Source: Octopus sinensis (taxonomy: Eukaryota). From it: a stretch of DNA of 64,000 nucleotides. Below are positions 49,213 to 60,367 of the stretch, piece by piece; positions within the stretch are counted from its first letter, which is position 1, and each line of letters starts with the position of its first letter. The notes under the pieces were generated by a model. It searched no databases. It saw nothing but the letters and a program-made list of their open reading frames with translations, and was not told where the DNA came from. Both the position numbers and the translations under genes were made by a program. Location of the stretch: NCBI RefSeq assembly GCF_006345805.1, contig NC_043002.1, forward strand, positions 78,554,001 through 78,618,000. The letters run 5' to 3'.

Positions 49213-49554
49213 TGGTACTTAATTTATCAACTCTGAAGAGATGAAAGGCAAACTCGACCTCAGCAGAATTTGAATTCAGAACGTAAAGGCAGATGAAATA
49301 CCGCTAAGCATTTCGCCCGGTGTGCTAATGATTCTGCCAGCTCACTATAATCTGAATGTACAACCTCTGTGCACACCATGAATTATGATGATGATGATGA
49401 TAATAGTAATAATAATCTTTTCTACTCTAGGCACAAGGCCTGAAATTTTGGGGGAGGGGGCCAGTCGATTAGATTGACCCCAGTATGCAACTGGTACTTA
49501 ATTTATCTGAATGAAAAACCTCTGTGCACACCATCAACAATGATGATAATGATG

Positions 49555-49587
<33 letters not shown>

Positions 49588-49588
49588 C

Positions 49589-49626
<38 letters not shown>

Positions 49627-49629
49627 ATT

Positions 49630-49765
49630 ATTTACAATTGACAGATATTTGTCCTCATCTTGTTTGTTGTTAACAAAACGTTTCGGCTGGTATACCCTCC
49701 AGCCTTCATCAGGTGTCTTGGGGAAATTTCAAACCTGGGTTCTCATCCCTAAGGTATTCTTTAAT
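49630..49765 (-). mobile_element. Penelope-like terminal repeat fragment
   Basis: Carries a minimal hammerhead and is flanked by (AAT)n and (GTT)n arrays. Confidence 0.65.
49672..49718 (-). ncRNA. Minimal type I hammerhead ribozyme
   Basis: Minus strand: agacac-CTGATGA-a-GGCTGG-agggtata-CCAGCC-GAAACGT-T-ttgtt. Intact core, 6-bp stem II, palindromic ACGT stem III, one mismatch at the first stem I pair. Confidence 0.78.
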
Positions 49766-49800
49766 GTTGTTGTTGTTGTTGTTGTTGTCGTTGTTGTTGT

Positions 49801-49832
<32 letters not shown>

Positions 49833-50313
49833 TTGTTGTTGTTGTTGTTGACGAGGAGGTCATTGCTCGGAATCTTCGGGTTAGTAGCCCACGCTCTGAA
49901 CCACTACGCCATATGCCCATAAGGATATGGCGTAGTGGGCATATGGCACATTGTAAATAATGTAAATAATTCCGCATCTCTTAAATATAGAACTGGAATA
50001 ATAATAATGATCGACTCTCCCGTCGAAGACGACATATGAGTGCTCAGCTTTTGTTGACTGACCTGCACAAATGATTTGTTTATAGTGATCAACGGTTCGT
50101 ACCACACATTAGCTCACTCTCTCCATCAAACTGACATTGTCTGAACAAGTGCACAGTGTACAATACGTCAGTTGTCGAAGTGATTGCAGAGCAACAGGAG
50201 GTGAAGTGTTTTGCTCAAGAACACAATGCACCACCCAGTCTAGGAATTGACATCATGATCGCCAGATCATGAGTGCAATGCTCTAACTACTAAGCCTTAA
50301 TAATAACAATAGA

Positions 50314-50354
<41 letters not shown>

Positions 50355-50536
50355 TAATGATGATGATAATAATAATAATCATCATCATCATCATCATCAT
50401 CGTTTAACGTCCGCTTTCCATGCTAGCATGGGTTGGACGGTTCAACTGGGGTTTGGCAAGCTCGAAGGCTGCACCAGGCCAGTCAGATCTGGCAGTGTTT
50501 CTACAGCTGGATGCCCTTCCTAACGCCAACCACTCC

Positions 50537-50567
<31 letters not shown>

Positions 50568-50651
50568 GCAACAACAACAACACCAATAGAAATAATAATA
50601 ATGATAATAATGATAATAATAATAACAGTAACAACAACAACAACAACAATA

Positions 50652-51015
50652 GTTTCAAACTACGTTGGATGATAGATACAGCATGCCCAGCTGACAAGGT
50701 ATGCGATAAAGAAGAAAGAAAAATTGAAAGATATGACAGGTTAGCTTGGGAATTTAAGCAGTTGCGGTCGATGAAAAAGGTAGCAGTAGTACCAATAATT
50801 GTCGGAGCCATGGGAACAGTGAGCAAAAATCTCGAGAAATACATGGAACAAATAGGAGCTGCAATAAGGGTGGAGAACTTGCAGAAAACAGCACTGCTTG
50901 GAACCGCTCGAATACTCCGGAAAGTGCTTGAAAAATAAGAGGTGTTACCTTAGTCCACTGGTAGTGAACAGCTGACATTGTAGTACATCTCCAACGTTAG
51001 AAGCTATGCAAAGGC

Positions 51016-51017
<2 letters not shown>
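50652..51017 (+). mobile_element. R4/Dong-like (RLE) non-LTR retrotransposon 3' end
   Basis: IDTACPADKVCDKEERKIERYDRLAWE...VVPIIVGAMGTVSKNLEKY...LQKTALLGTARILRKVLEK* (stop 50938), short UTR, bounded by AAT/AAC arrays. Confidence 0.85.
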
Positions 51018-51059
<42 letters not shown>

Positions 51060-51123
51060 CAGATGTATACAATACAGTCTTTAATAGACATATATGATTC
51101 TTTTAAATAAACATATATAATCG

Positions 51124-51306
51124 TCTTAAATATGAGATTGGAGAAGGTGAAAAAAGTGAAGATATGCCAAATGCTTTTGGTGCCTTTGGGACAATATCAA
51201 AAAATGTTTAGAGGAATATAAAGGAAATGAAAATAGAGTACCCAGTAGAGCAATTGCAAAAAGTTTGCCTTCTTGGCACAGTCAGAACCATCAGGGAAAG
51301 TATTAG
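51124..51306 (+). mobile_element. Second RLE-type 3' fragment
   Basis: GAFGTISKNV*RNIKEMKIEYPVEQLQKVCLLGTVRTIR, with frameshifts. Confidence 0.7.
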
Positions 51307-51340
51307 GTAGTCGAAGAGAACAAATAGCATGATATTGTAG

Positions 51341-51551
51341 GTAATTGGTGCACTTTGCTCAATACCCAAAATCCTGCCTAAAAGACTGAAAGAGATTGGA
51401 ATTGAAACTTGCATTGTTGACCTGCAGAAAAGTACCATCCTAAAAATCCCAAGGAAGATTCTTGAGATTTCAGGAGTGTTGTTGTCACCAAACCTCAAGA
51501 GAAAATACCTGCTAACTACATTGGCACGAACTAGTGTCATACTAAGAATAA
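51341..51551 (+). mobile_element. Third RLE-type 3' fragment
   Basis: VIGALCSIPKILPKRLKEIGIETCIVDLQKSTILKIPRKILEI, with a UTR ending in aataat. Confidence 0.7.
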
Positions 51552-51810
51552 TCCTTCCTCATGTAGGCACATGGCTTGAAATTTTGGGAGTAGTGTTCCA
51601 GTGTTCAACTGGTACTTATTTCATTGATCCCAAAAGAATGAAAGGCAAACTTGACCTCAGTGGAATTTGAACCCTGAACATAAAAATGGACAAAATACTG
51701 TTAAGCATTTTGTTTGACGTGCTAACAATTCTGTCAGCTCCTTGTCTTTAATAATAATAATAATAATGATAATATTAACAATAATAATAACAACAACAAT
51801 AATAATAATG

Positions 51811-51841
<31 letters not shown>

Positions 51842-52198
51842 TCATCATCATCATTTAACGTCCATTTTCCATGCTAGCATGGGTTGGACGGTTCAACTGG
51901 GGTCTGGGAAGCCAGAAGGCTAGGCCCAGTCTGATCTGGCAGTGTTTCTACAGCTGGATGCCCTTCCTAACGCCAACCACTCTGTGAGTGTAGTGGGTGC
52001 TTTTTACGTGCCACCTGCACAGGTGCCAGATGAGGCTGGCAAATGGCCACGATCAGATGGTGCTTTTGACGTGCCACCAGCATGGAGGCCAGTCGGGGCG
52101 GCGCTGGCAACGGCCACGTTCAGATGGTTCTCTTACGTGCCACCGGCACTGGTATCACAGCTACAATTTCCATTGATGTTGATCGATTTCGATTTTGA
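51842..52198 (-). mobile_element. Family A RTE-3'UTR repeat
   Basis: Reverse complement closely follows the UTR of the LINE copy at 57180-57678. Confidence 0.88.
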
Positions 52199-52206
52199 TA
52201 ATAAAC

Positions 52207-52247
<41 letters not shown>

Positions 52248-52371
52248 TATAATCCTTTCTACTAAAGGCACAAGGCCTGAAATTTTGGAGGAGAGGACAA
52301 ATCAATTACAATGACCCCAGTGTTTCACTGGAACTTCATTTATCAACCCCAAAAGGGGTCAACCTTGGTGG

Positions 52372-52429
<58 letters not shown>

Positions 52430-52602
52430 TTACTGCTGCTACTGCTGCTACTGCTGCTACCACCACCACTGCCGCTACTACTACTGATGATGATGATGAT
52501 GATGAAAATTCAAATTTATATCTTAAATGACTTTTTTTAAGAAGTGTAAAATATAGATATAAATACAAATACGAATTGATCATCTTTTATTTTCTATTTC
52601 AG

Positions 52603-52794
52603 CAATTGGAAACTGCATTCCTATTGATGTTCCTTTGACCAACGAAAGAAAAGCTGTCCTTAGTATCTATGGAGAAGGATTTACTGAGAATTCAACAGTC
52701 ACATTTGAAGATAGTCGTTCAATCAGAATATCTTTTGAAAAGCTGATTATTCTTGTTCAACCTGACAAACCAATTTACAAACCTGGTCAGACAG
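52603..52794 (+). CDS. A2M: A2M-like exon 3 (MG1 end, MG2 start)
   Basis: tttcAG/GTaaat, 192 bp, phase 1-1. IGNCIPIDVPLTNERKAVLSIYGEG...LIILVQPDKPIYKPGQT contains the TEP hallmark (Q.DK.IYKPGQT) and the second MG1 Cys. Confidence 0.95.
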
Positions 52795-52945
52795 GTAAAT
52801 ATTTTAGTTTGATGAGTAAAATATTTTTGTCATTTCAGCAGACAGCCTTGTTAGATAAAGCAACCCTCCATGAGCCTCTATGTAGTTGTCTGACCTGCTA
52901 GAAATAGTAGCCAAATATCCCTTAAACTATACCCTACTGTCTTAA

Positions 52946-53165
52946 CCCTTTCATTACCAACCCAGCTGAAACCAGCTCTGGCTCTGAGTACAAATGTCTT
53001 TTTTTCATGTGTTTTGAATTAAAATCTTCCACCAAACCTTGGTCACAATTTATGTTCCTAACACTAGCTGAATGATAACTATGTTATTTTACTAAATTCT
53101 TTGTTATAGTTAAAGTAATTGAAAGAAACACAGAGCATCTCAAAATAAATACAGTAATGAAAGGG
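52946..53165 (-). mobile_element. piggyBac-type MITE (family D)
   Basis: TTAA|CCCTTTCATTAC ... GTAATGAAAGGG|TTAA, perfect 12-bp TIR. Reverse orientation of the 14245 copy. Confidence 0.92.
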
Positions 53166-53537
53166 TTAAAGCAGAAACACATCCGATATATCAAATAAAC
53201 AATTTGGGATGGCTGTGATAGGAATGTTTTTAATCATAGGCCAATTCAGTCAGGCCAGCTAAGAGATAAACAACAACAATAGCAGCAATTTAACACTCAG
53301 CTCCTCATCTGTTAACTGTTTACTACCAACCTACATGAGACTGTCTGCTATTCCTGCCACCAAGCTTACCTGTTTTTCAAATAAGGAAACTTTTTTTTTT
53401 TATTTTACTGGTCTTCAAAAGCACAGAGTTATAATACTAACAAGGAATATAAACATTATATCACCATTCCACTCAGATGGTTATAAGTGAAACCATGGAA
53501 TGGGAACATAAGCACATTTCTACCCCATATATATGGA

Positions 53538-53821
53538 GCTGGTGCCTCATAAAAAGCACTGGTGCTGCTGCTACATAAAATGTATTGGTGCTGGTGCCAC
53601 ATAAAATGCACTGGTACTGGTGCCACATCAGAAGCACTGGTGCTGGTAGCATGTAAAAACCACTCAGTACTCTCTGTAAAGTGGTTGGCATTAGGAAGGG
53701 CATCCAGCCACAGAAACCATGTCAGAACAGACTATGGAATCTGGTGTGGCCCTGACCGTACCAGCTCCTGATAAACTCTCCAAACCCTATCACCATGGAA
53801 AACAGATGTTAAATGATAATG

Positions 53822-53825
<4 letters not shown>
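53538..53825 (+). mobile_element. Family A variant with a 26-bp module x5
   Basis: gctggtgccacataaaatgcactggt x5, then terminal block and tail. Confidence 0.75.
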
Positions 53826-53858
<33 letters not shown>

Positions 53859-54031
53859 GATATATAAATATTTCTTATGCACAAGTATAACTGTGTGATT
53901 AAGAAGCCAATAATGTGGTCTTGGGTTCAGTCCCACTGTGCAGCATTTTGGGAAAGTGTTTCCTACTATAGCCCTGGACCAACCAAAGCCTGGTGAGTAG
54001 ATTTGGGGGTTGGAAACTGAAAACAGCCTAA

Positions 54032-54245
54032 CTCTCTTTCAGAGTGAAAGACATTGTATGATGCTTGTGTGCACAGTAAGGCTACATGGTAGTGAGATAT
54101 GAGTCATGAACACATAGGACATGCATAGACTAGAGCAGAACAAAGTTAGTGCATTCCATTAGATGTGCAATATCAGTGTGCATGTATGACAAAGTACTAA
54201 GGTATTGAGAGACTAATTGAGTATAAGAAGAATCAGAAATGTAAC
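54032..54245 (+). mobile_element. Decayed RTE fragment
   Basis: Remnants of LSLRVK.RLYDACV, LHGSE and MCNISVH, homologous to the 56387 copy. Confidence 0.7.
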
Positions 54246-54351
54246 ATTTAAATTTTGGAAAATAAATTATTCTAATGGTAAAGTTATTTATATATTATAT
54301 CAATTATAAATAATTAAAAATAAGTATTATGCGTACCTTCCCTTCACTGGA

Positions 54352-54810
54352 CACTGCTTGCGAAGACCTGTTGTGGCAAGTGAAATCGAAATCAAATTCA
54401 ATGACTGGCATCCATGCTAGTGGAGCACTAAGAGCACCATCCGAACGTGATCATTGCCAGAGCGGCTAACTGGCATCCGTGTTGGTGGCACATAAAAAGT
54501 ACCATTCGAGCGTGATCGTTACCAGCATCATCTTACTGAAACATGTGCCAGTGTGCAGGTGGCACATAAAAAAAACACCATCTGGGCATGGCCGTTGCCA
54601 GTACCGCCTGACTGGCCCTTGTGCCGTTGGCACATAAAAGCACCCACTTCACTCTCAGAGTGGTTGGTGTTAGGAAGGGCATCCAGCTGTAGAAACTCTG
54701 CCAGTTCAAAATTGGAGCCTGATGCAGCCATCTGGTTCGCCAGACCTCAGTCAAATCGTCCAACCCATGCTAGCATGGAAAGCGGACGTTAAACGATGAT
54801 GATGATGATG
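54352..54810 (+). mobile_element. Family A RTE-3'UTR repeat, long form
   Basis: Starts gaagacctgttgtggcaagtgaaatcgaaatc, as in the LINE UTR at 57115; modules; (gat)n tail. Confidence 0.88.
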
Positions 54811-55942
54811 TTCTTTAACAAAGTTAACTTTTTACAAATCAAGAAACTATCTTAATCAAAAAGAAATAGCTTTAAAAATGAATTTCAAAGAATATTTTTT
54901 TTGTGTATGACATAGAAAATACAATCTTCATAACCTATAAAAGCAGTGACCCAGCATGGTCTTAACCATGTGGCTATAACATGCTAAAGAACTATGAGAG
55001 CATTCTCAGATTAGAAATCATTGAAGGAATGAGGATGATGCAATTGATAAAGAACATGAAAATTTAATGGTTAGAATACTTTGGGTACTACCCTTAATTT
55101 GTTATCACCATCTGACTATCGGGTGCCTTAAGCAAAATGCACTGTGTTGCAAACATTCTAGGTCATATTCTCTGGGCTTTCTCTCTCTCTTCCTCCCACT
55201 AGTCTTGGGAGCCCTGGAAAATGGTCATGGGTACTGTCCTTACTTTAGACTAAATCATAAAATGTGGGAAGACATGAAAACAAAAGTGATGCATGTAGCA
55301 ATAGCTACCAGAAAAAAAGACTATATGATATGGAATTTTAGAATTTTGGAAAGCATTATCATAATAGACTGTAGTTTTCCAAAAGTTTATGTGGTCTTGT
55401 GCCAAAGCCAGAAATTAATATTTAACCAAAGAATAAATAAATTGCTCTTTGAAGTCTTAATTTTGTATTTGTTTTGCATAAGGGCCAGTCTGCTAATAAA
55501 CACACACATACATGAAAGCCTACATGGTTATTATTCACTTCTGTTTTATTATCAATCAGCTAATTTGTTAATTAACTATCTAATTAATTAACAAACCAAT
55601 CAATTTATAAGACTGAAGTGAACTACAACCATGTGTATTTATTGGCAAAATGACCTACCCAAAGGACAACACTATCTTTAAGATTCATAATAGATTAGTA
55701 AGTCAGTAATTTTATTTATGCTTTATTGTCTCCAGTTCAAGTTAGTCCTGTAAAATATGACATTAAGTTTTTATATTCTCTTTATGAACAACCAGATACA
55801 TTTACCTTACAGAAGTTGAATACAACAGTTCTCAAAGAAATTTGACTGAAGTTACAATTGGCATTGAAAGGATTAAAGTTGATTATTTCAAAGAATTATT
55901 GTTATTCATTTTAACCTTGAATTTCCTTTTCTATTTTCACAG

Positions 55943-55995
55943 TGAAATTCCGTGCTCTTTTATTTGATCGCAATTATAAACCCTGGACTGGAGAT
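55943..55995 (+). CDS. A2M: A2M-like exon 4
   Basis: tcacAG/GTaagt, 53 bp, phase 1-0. (V)KFRALLFDRNYKPWTGD continues GQT-VKFR. Confidence 0.94.
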
Positions 55996-56220
55996 GTAAG
56001 TATTTAGGTTAAAATCATTGCCGATTTATTTTTTCTTCAATTTAGTTCTACTTTTATATGTCAGTTTATCAATAAAAGCAATGACACAATAAAAGCAATG
56101 AATATAAGTTATATAAAAAAAACAAACAATTTTATTCTTTGTACTCTTGTGTGATTAATAGTTTAACTTAGAACAATAGATTTGTGAATCACATTTAGTT
56201 GTTCTTTAGACTACATAGAC

Positions 56221-57909
56221 ATAGGAGTGGCTGTGTGGTAAGTAGCTTGCTTACCAACCACACGGTTCCAGGTTCAGTCCCACTGTGTGGCACCTTGGGC
56301 AAGTGTCTTCTACTATAGTCTCGGGGTGACCAAAACCTTGTGAGGGAAAGTGAAAGAAGCCCGTTGTATATATAGATATATATATGTAAACACTGAAAAT
56401 GTGCAGAGACTAACTTCTACCACGTTCCAGGGAGAAAAACTAGAAGTAGTTGATAGCTTCCGCTATCTAGGTGACCAAGTCAGGTGTGGGGGTGGCTGTG
56501 CTGAAAGTGTAACTGCTAGAGTAAGAATAGCCTGGGCAAAGTTCAGAAAGCTCTTACCCCTGCTGGTGACAAAAGGCCTCTCGCTCAGAGTAAAAGGCAG
56601 ACTGTATGATGCATGTGTACGAACAGCCATGCTACATGGTAGTGAAACATGGGCTGTGACTGCTGAGGATATGCGTAAGCTCGCAAGAAATGAAGCCAGT
56701 ATGCTCCGATGGATGTGTAATGTCAGTGTTCATAATCAACAGAGTGTAAGTATCTTGAGAGAAAAGTTGGACCTAAGAAGCATCAGTTGTAGTGTACAAG
56801 AGAGACGTTTGCGCTGGTATGGTCATGTGACGAGAATGGCTGAAGATAGTTGTGTGCAAAAGTGCCACACCCTAGCGGTTGAGGGAACCTGTGGAAGAGG
56901 TAGACCCAGGAAAACCTGGGACGAGGTGGTGAAGCACGACCTTCGAACTTTAGGTCTCACCAAGGAAATGACTAGAGATCGAGACCTATGGAAGTATGCT
57001 GTGCATGAGAAGACCCAGCAAGACTAGTGAGACCATAACCCGTGGCCTCTACCTGGTATGTAGCCAGTTGACTTATACATACCTTTCCTTCTTGGGACAC
57101 AAAACTCCACTTGTGAAGACCCGTTGAGGCAAGTGAAAATCAAAATCAAAATCAAAATCATACCAAATCAAATCAGATATCAGAAAGCAGAACCAAAATC
57201 GAAGTCAATCAACATCAATGGAAATTGCAGCTGTGATACCAGTGCCGGTGACAAGTAAGCGAACCATTTGATTGTGGCCGTTGCCAGCGCCGCCCTGACT
57301 GGCCTCCGTGCCGGTGGCATGTAAAAAGCACCATCCGTTCGTGGCTTTTGCCAGCTTCGCCTGGCCCCTGTGCCGGTGGCACATAAAAAGCACCATCCGA
57401 TCATGGCCATTGCCAGCCTCGCCTGGCCCCCATGCCGCTGGCACGTAAAAAGCACCATCTGTCTGTGGCCGTTTGCCAGCTTCGTCTGGCACCTGTGCGG
57501 GTGGCACGTAAAAAGCACCCACTACACTCATGGAATGGTTGGCGTTAGGAAGGGCATCCAGCTGTAGAAACACTGCCAGACTGGGCCTGATGCAGCCTTC
57601 TGGCTTCACAGACCCCAGTTGAACCGTCCAACCCATGCTAGCATGGAAAGCGGACGCTAAATGATGATGATGATGATGTATGTGTGTGTATATGTTTGTG
57701 TGTCTGTGTTTGTCCCCCCAACATCGCTTGACAACCGATGCTGGTGTGCTTACGTCCCCGTAACTTAGCGGTTCGGCAAAAGAGACTGATAGAATAAGTA
57801 CTAGGCTTACAAAGAATAAGTCCTGGGGTCGACTTGCTCGACTAATGGTGGTGCTCCAGCATGGCCACAGTCAAATGACTGAAACAAAGTAAAAGAGAGT
57901 AAAGAGTAA
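56221..57909 (+). mobile_element. Family B SINE split by an RTE LINE insertion
   Basis: SINE 5' half 56221-56386 and 3' half 57679-57909. The LINE sits in the SINE's TA/TG microsatellite. Confidence 0.88.
56387..57678 (+). mobile_element. RTE LINE, 5'-truncated, with open C-terminal ORF and complete 3' UTR
   Basis: Open frame to 57027 (FRYLGD, LYDACVRTAMLHGSETW, RLRWYGHV, GRGRPRKTW), UTR, four ~62-bp modules, terminal block, (atg)n tail. Lacks EN and RT core. Confidence 0.95.
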
Positions 57910-58790
57910 GCTACAGGAGGAATTACAATCGTGGTCTGCTACCACAACAGCTCCTTTATAGGATCCAGTTAGCTCAAGTCATCATCAGGAGGAACCACGT
58001 CCGGTTTCAGCCCCTACTCCTCTACCGTTTTGACGTGGCGGGGTCCCCCCTTTCGGAGTGTCTTCAGCTCTGCTGTTGAGTGCATGTCTTCTTTCTTCTG
58101 TTCCCTGGCCTCTTCGATGTATCGTCAGCGAGTGTCAGCCGGTGACTGACTGACTTGTCAAATTTCTCTCTTTAAATACCTGCCGCATAGACTCCAGCAG
58201 GCAGCCCCAGCAAGTTGTCACGTGACACTGTCTCACCTTAACTGACTAGTGACGGCGCGTAGTTTTAGCCCGCACTTTTTCTAAACAACCGTTACCTGTC
58301 AGCAGGCAGCCCCAGCAAGTTGTCATGTGACACTGTCTCACCTTAACTGACTAGTGAAAGCACGTAGTTTTAGCCTGTGCTTTTTCTAAACGACCGTCAC
58401 CTGTCAGTCAGCGAAGCTGATTCCGTCAGCTAGTCTCACCTAATGATGTTATTTCCTGTTGGCGTGTTTATGGCTTTCAAGCCATTTTCGGCCTTTCCGC
58501 TTCAGCCATATATAGAAGCTGGCTTTTTCGACTGCCTCCTGTACTCTCCTTATTAGTTTACACAGCTTGGGGCTAGAAAAAACAAATCTTCTTTTGAAAA
58601 GTGTTGTCATTTTCTTTTCAATGAAGCCTCTAGCCCCCACTGCCAGGTGATAATATTCGACATTCATCCCTGTTCTCTGCATTCTTCGATTAGCTTTTCA
58701 TACTTCAAGTTTTATATAGCTGCAGCAATTTGGTAATCACAATATAAACACGTTGCTTGAAATACACCAGTATCTTTTCCCCAAACACAC
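57910..58790 (-). mobile_element. HERO-like RLE non-LTR retrotransposon 3' end
   Basis: After repairing a 1-nt deletion: LKYEKLIEECREQGWNVEYYHLAVGARGFIE...VQEAVEKASFYIWLKR, resembling KYxxLVEEC..GW....EVG.RGF....AEKAS.W.W.KR. Long CpG-rich 3' UTR. Confidence 0.72.
58195..58407. repeat. 105-bp tandem duplication x2
   Basis: cagcaggcagccccagcaagttgtca.gtgacactgtctcaccttaactgactagtga... starts at 58195 and 58300. Confidence 0.95.
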
Positions 58791-58992
58791 TAAAATCTTG
58801 ACATTAGATCTGTATTCACAATTATTCATAGGTTAGTTGCCATCGAATATATATTAGTGCAGTTCTGTATGTGCATTTAAGAAGTACACTTCATAATCAC
58901 TCAGTTCCAGGATCAACCCTATTGCATGACACCTTGTGCATGTATCTTCTACCATAGCTCTGCATTGACTGACACCTTGAATATAACATAAT

Positions 58993-59029
<37 letters not shown>

Positions 59030-59341
59030 TGCATAGATACATATATACATACATTATTTGGTTTGCATGGTTTCTCTCAAGAACAGTTTTGATTTTGGTT
59101 GAATTTTTTTCTTTTTTTTTTTGCTTTATGTATGTTATTTAGGTATGCCACTTGGCACATATTGCAATGGGGGTCTTTTGTGAGGCACATATTGTAAAAA
59201 AAACTCCTTTTGTGGTGAATATTTTAAGGAGTTGCTTAGTGGCACATGTTTTTATATGAATTAATATTTAGGGAATGAAAATATCAAATATTAGAGAATT
59301 AAATAATATATAAAACAAAAGTTTTAATGTTTTTTTACTAA

Positions 59342-59700
59342 TTCATCATCATCATCATCATCGTTTAACGTCCGCTTTCCATGCTAGCATGTGTTGGACG
59401 ATTTGACTGAGGACTGGCAAACCAGATGGCTGCACCAGGCTCCAATCTGTTCTGGCAGAGTTTCTACAGTTGGATGCCCTTCCTAACGTCAACCACTCCA
59501 AGAGTGTAGCGGGTGCTTTTACATGCCAGATGGCTCCAATCTGATCTGGCAGAGTTTCTACAGTTGGATGCCCTTCCTAACGTCAACCACTCCAAGAGTG
59601 TAGTGGGTGCTTTTACATGCCACCTGCACAGGTTCCAGTCCAGCAGCACTGGCAAAGACCTCGCTTGAATGTTTTTTCACGTGCCACCAGCAGAAATACC
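59342..59700 (-). mobile_element. Family A repeat with an internal 91-bp duplication
   Basis: 59438-59528 is repeated at 59532-59622. Confidence 0.88.
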
Positions 59701-59820
59701 AGTAAGGCGACATAATTATTCATCTAAATTTTAAATTTTGCCATTAACTTCTCAATGTAATGTCATGTCTACTTATGCATCTGATGTACAGAAACACATA
59801 TACTATTTCTATTTGTCTAG

Positions 59821-59890
59821 ATTGAAAAAATATATATCACAGACCCTAAAGGTACACGAATTGTTCAGTGGTTGGACCAGCATGTTGATG
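59821..59890 (+). CDS. A2M: A2M-like exon 5
   Basis: gtctAG/GTaagc, 70 bp, phase 0-1. IEKIYITDPKGTRIVQWLDQHVD resembles A2M VYIQDPKGNRIAQW. Confidence 0.96.
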
Positions 59891-59939
59891 GTAAGCAGAA
59901 TATTTCTTGCAAGCATTAAGTTAATTTTTTTTTCTGCAT

Positions 59940-60103
59940 AGGTGCAGGAGTGGCTGTGTGGTAAGTCGCTTGCTTACGAACTATATGGTTCCGGGTTCAG
60001 TCCCATTATATGGCACCTTGGGCAAGTGGCTTCTACTATTGCCTCGGACCGACCAAAGCCTTGTGAGTGGATTTGGTAGACGGAAACTGAAAGAAGCCCA
60101 TCG

Positions 60104-60135
<32 letters not shown>

Positions 60136-60350
60136 CATGTGTGTGTATATGTTTGTGTGTGTGTGTCCAACATCGCTTGACAACCGATGCTAGTGTTTTG
60201 TTTATGTCCCTGTAACTTAGTGGCTCAGCAAAAGAGACCAATAGAATAAGTACTAGGCTTACAAAGAATGAGTCCTGGGGTCGATTTGCTCGACTAAAGG
60301 TGGTACTCCAGCATGGCCACAGTCAAAATGACTGAAACAAGTAAAAGAGT
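59940..60350 (+). mobile_element. Family B SINE
   Basis: Full-length copy 50 bp downstream of exon 5. Confidence 0.88.
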
Positions 60351-60367
60351 AGAGTAATAGATACAGT

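Noticed and set aside
49649-52583. Poly-V/L/T/N/I/A ORFs
   Set aside because: Triplet microsatellites (GTT, GCT, AAT, ACT). Only the RLE-derived tail of the 50420-50938 ORF has protein homology.
55067-55591. 174-codon minus-strand ORF
   Set aside because: No recognisable motif, AT-rich intronic composition, antisense within A2M intron 3; probably a chance ORF.
57274-57519. Regularly spaced palindromic units resembling a CRISPR array
   Set aside because: Whole units are repeated with no unique spacers, there are no cas genes, the context is eukaryotic, and the units are part of a LINE 3' UTR.
57975-58020. GAAAC...CTGATGA on the minus strand as a type II hammerhead
   Set aside because: No room for a stem I between the putative cleavage site and the core, and no stem II partner.
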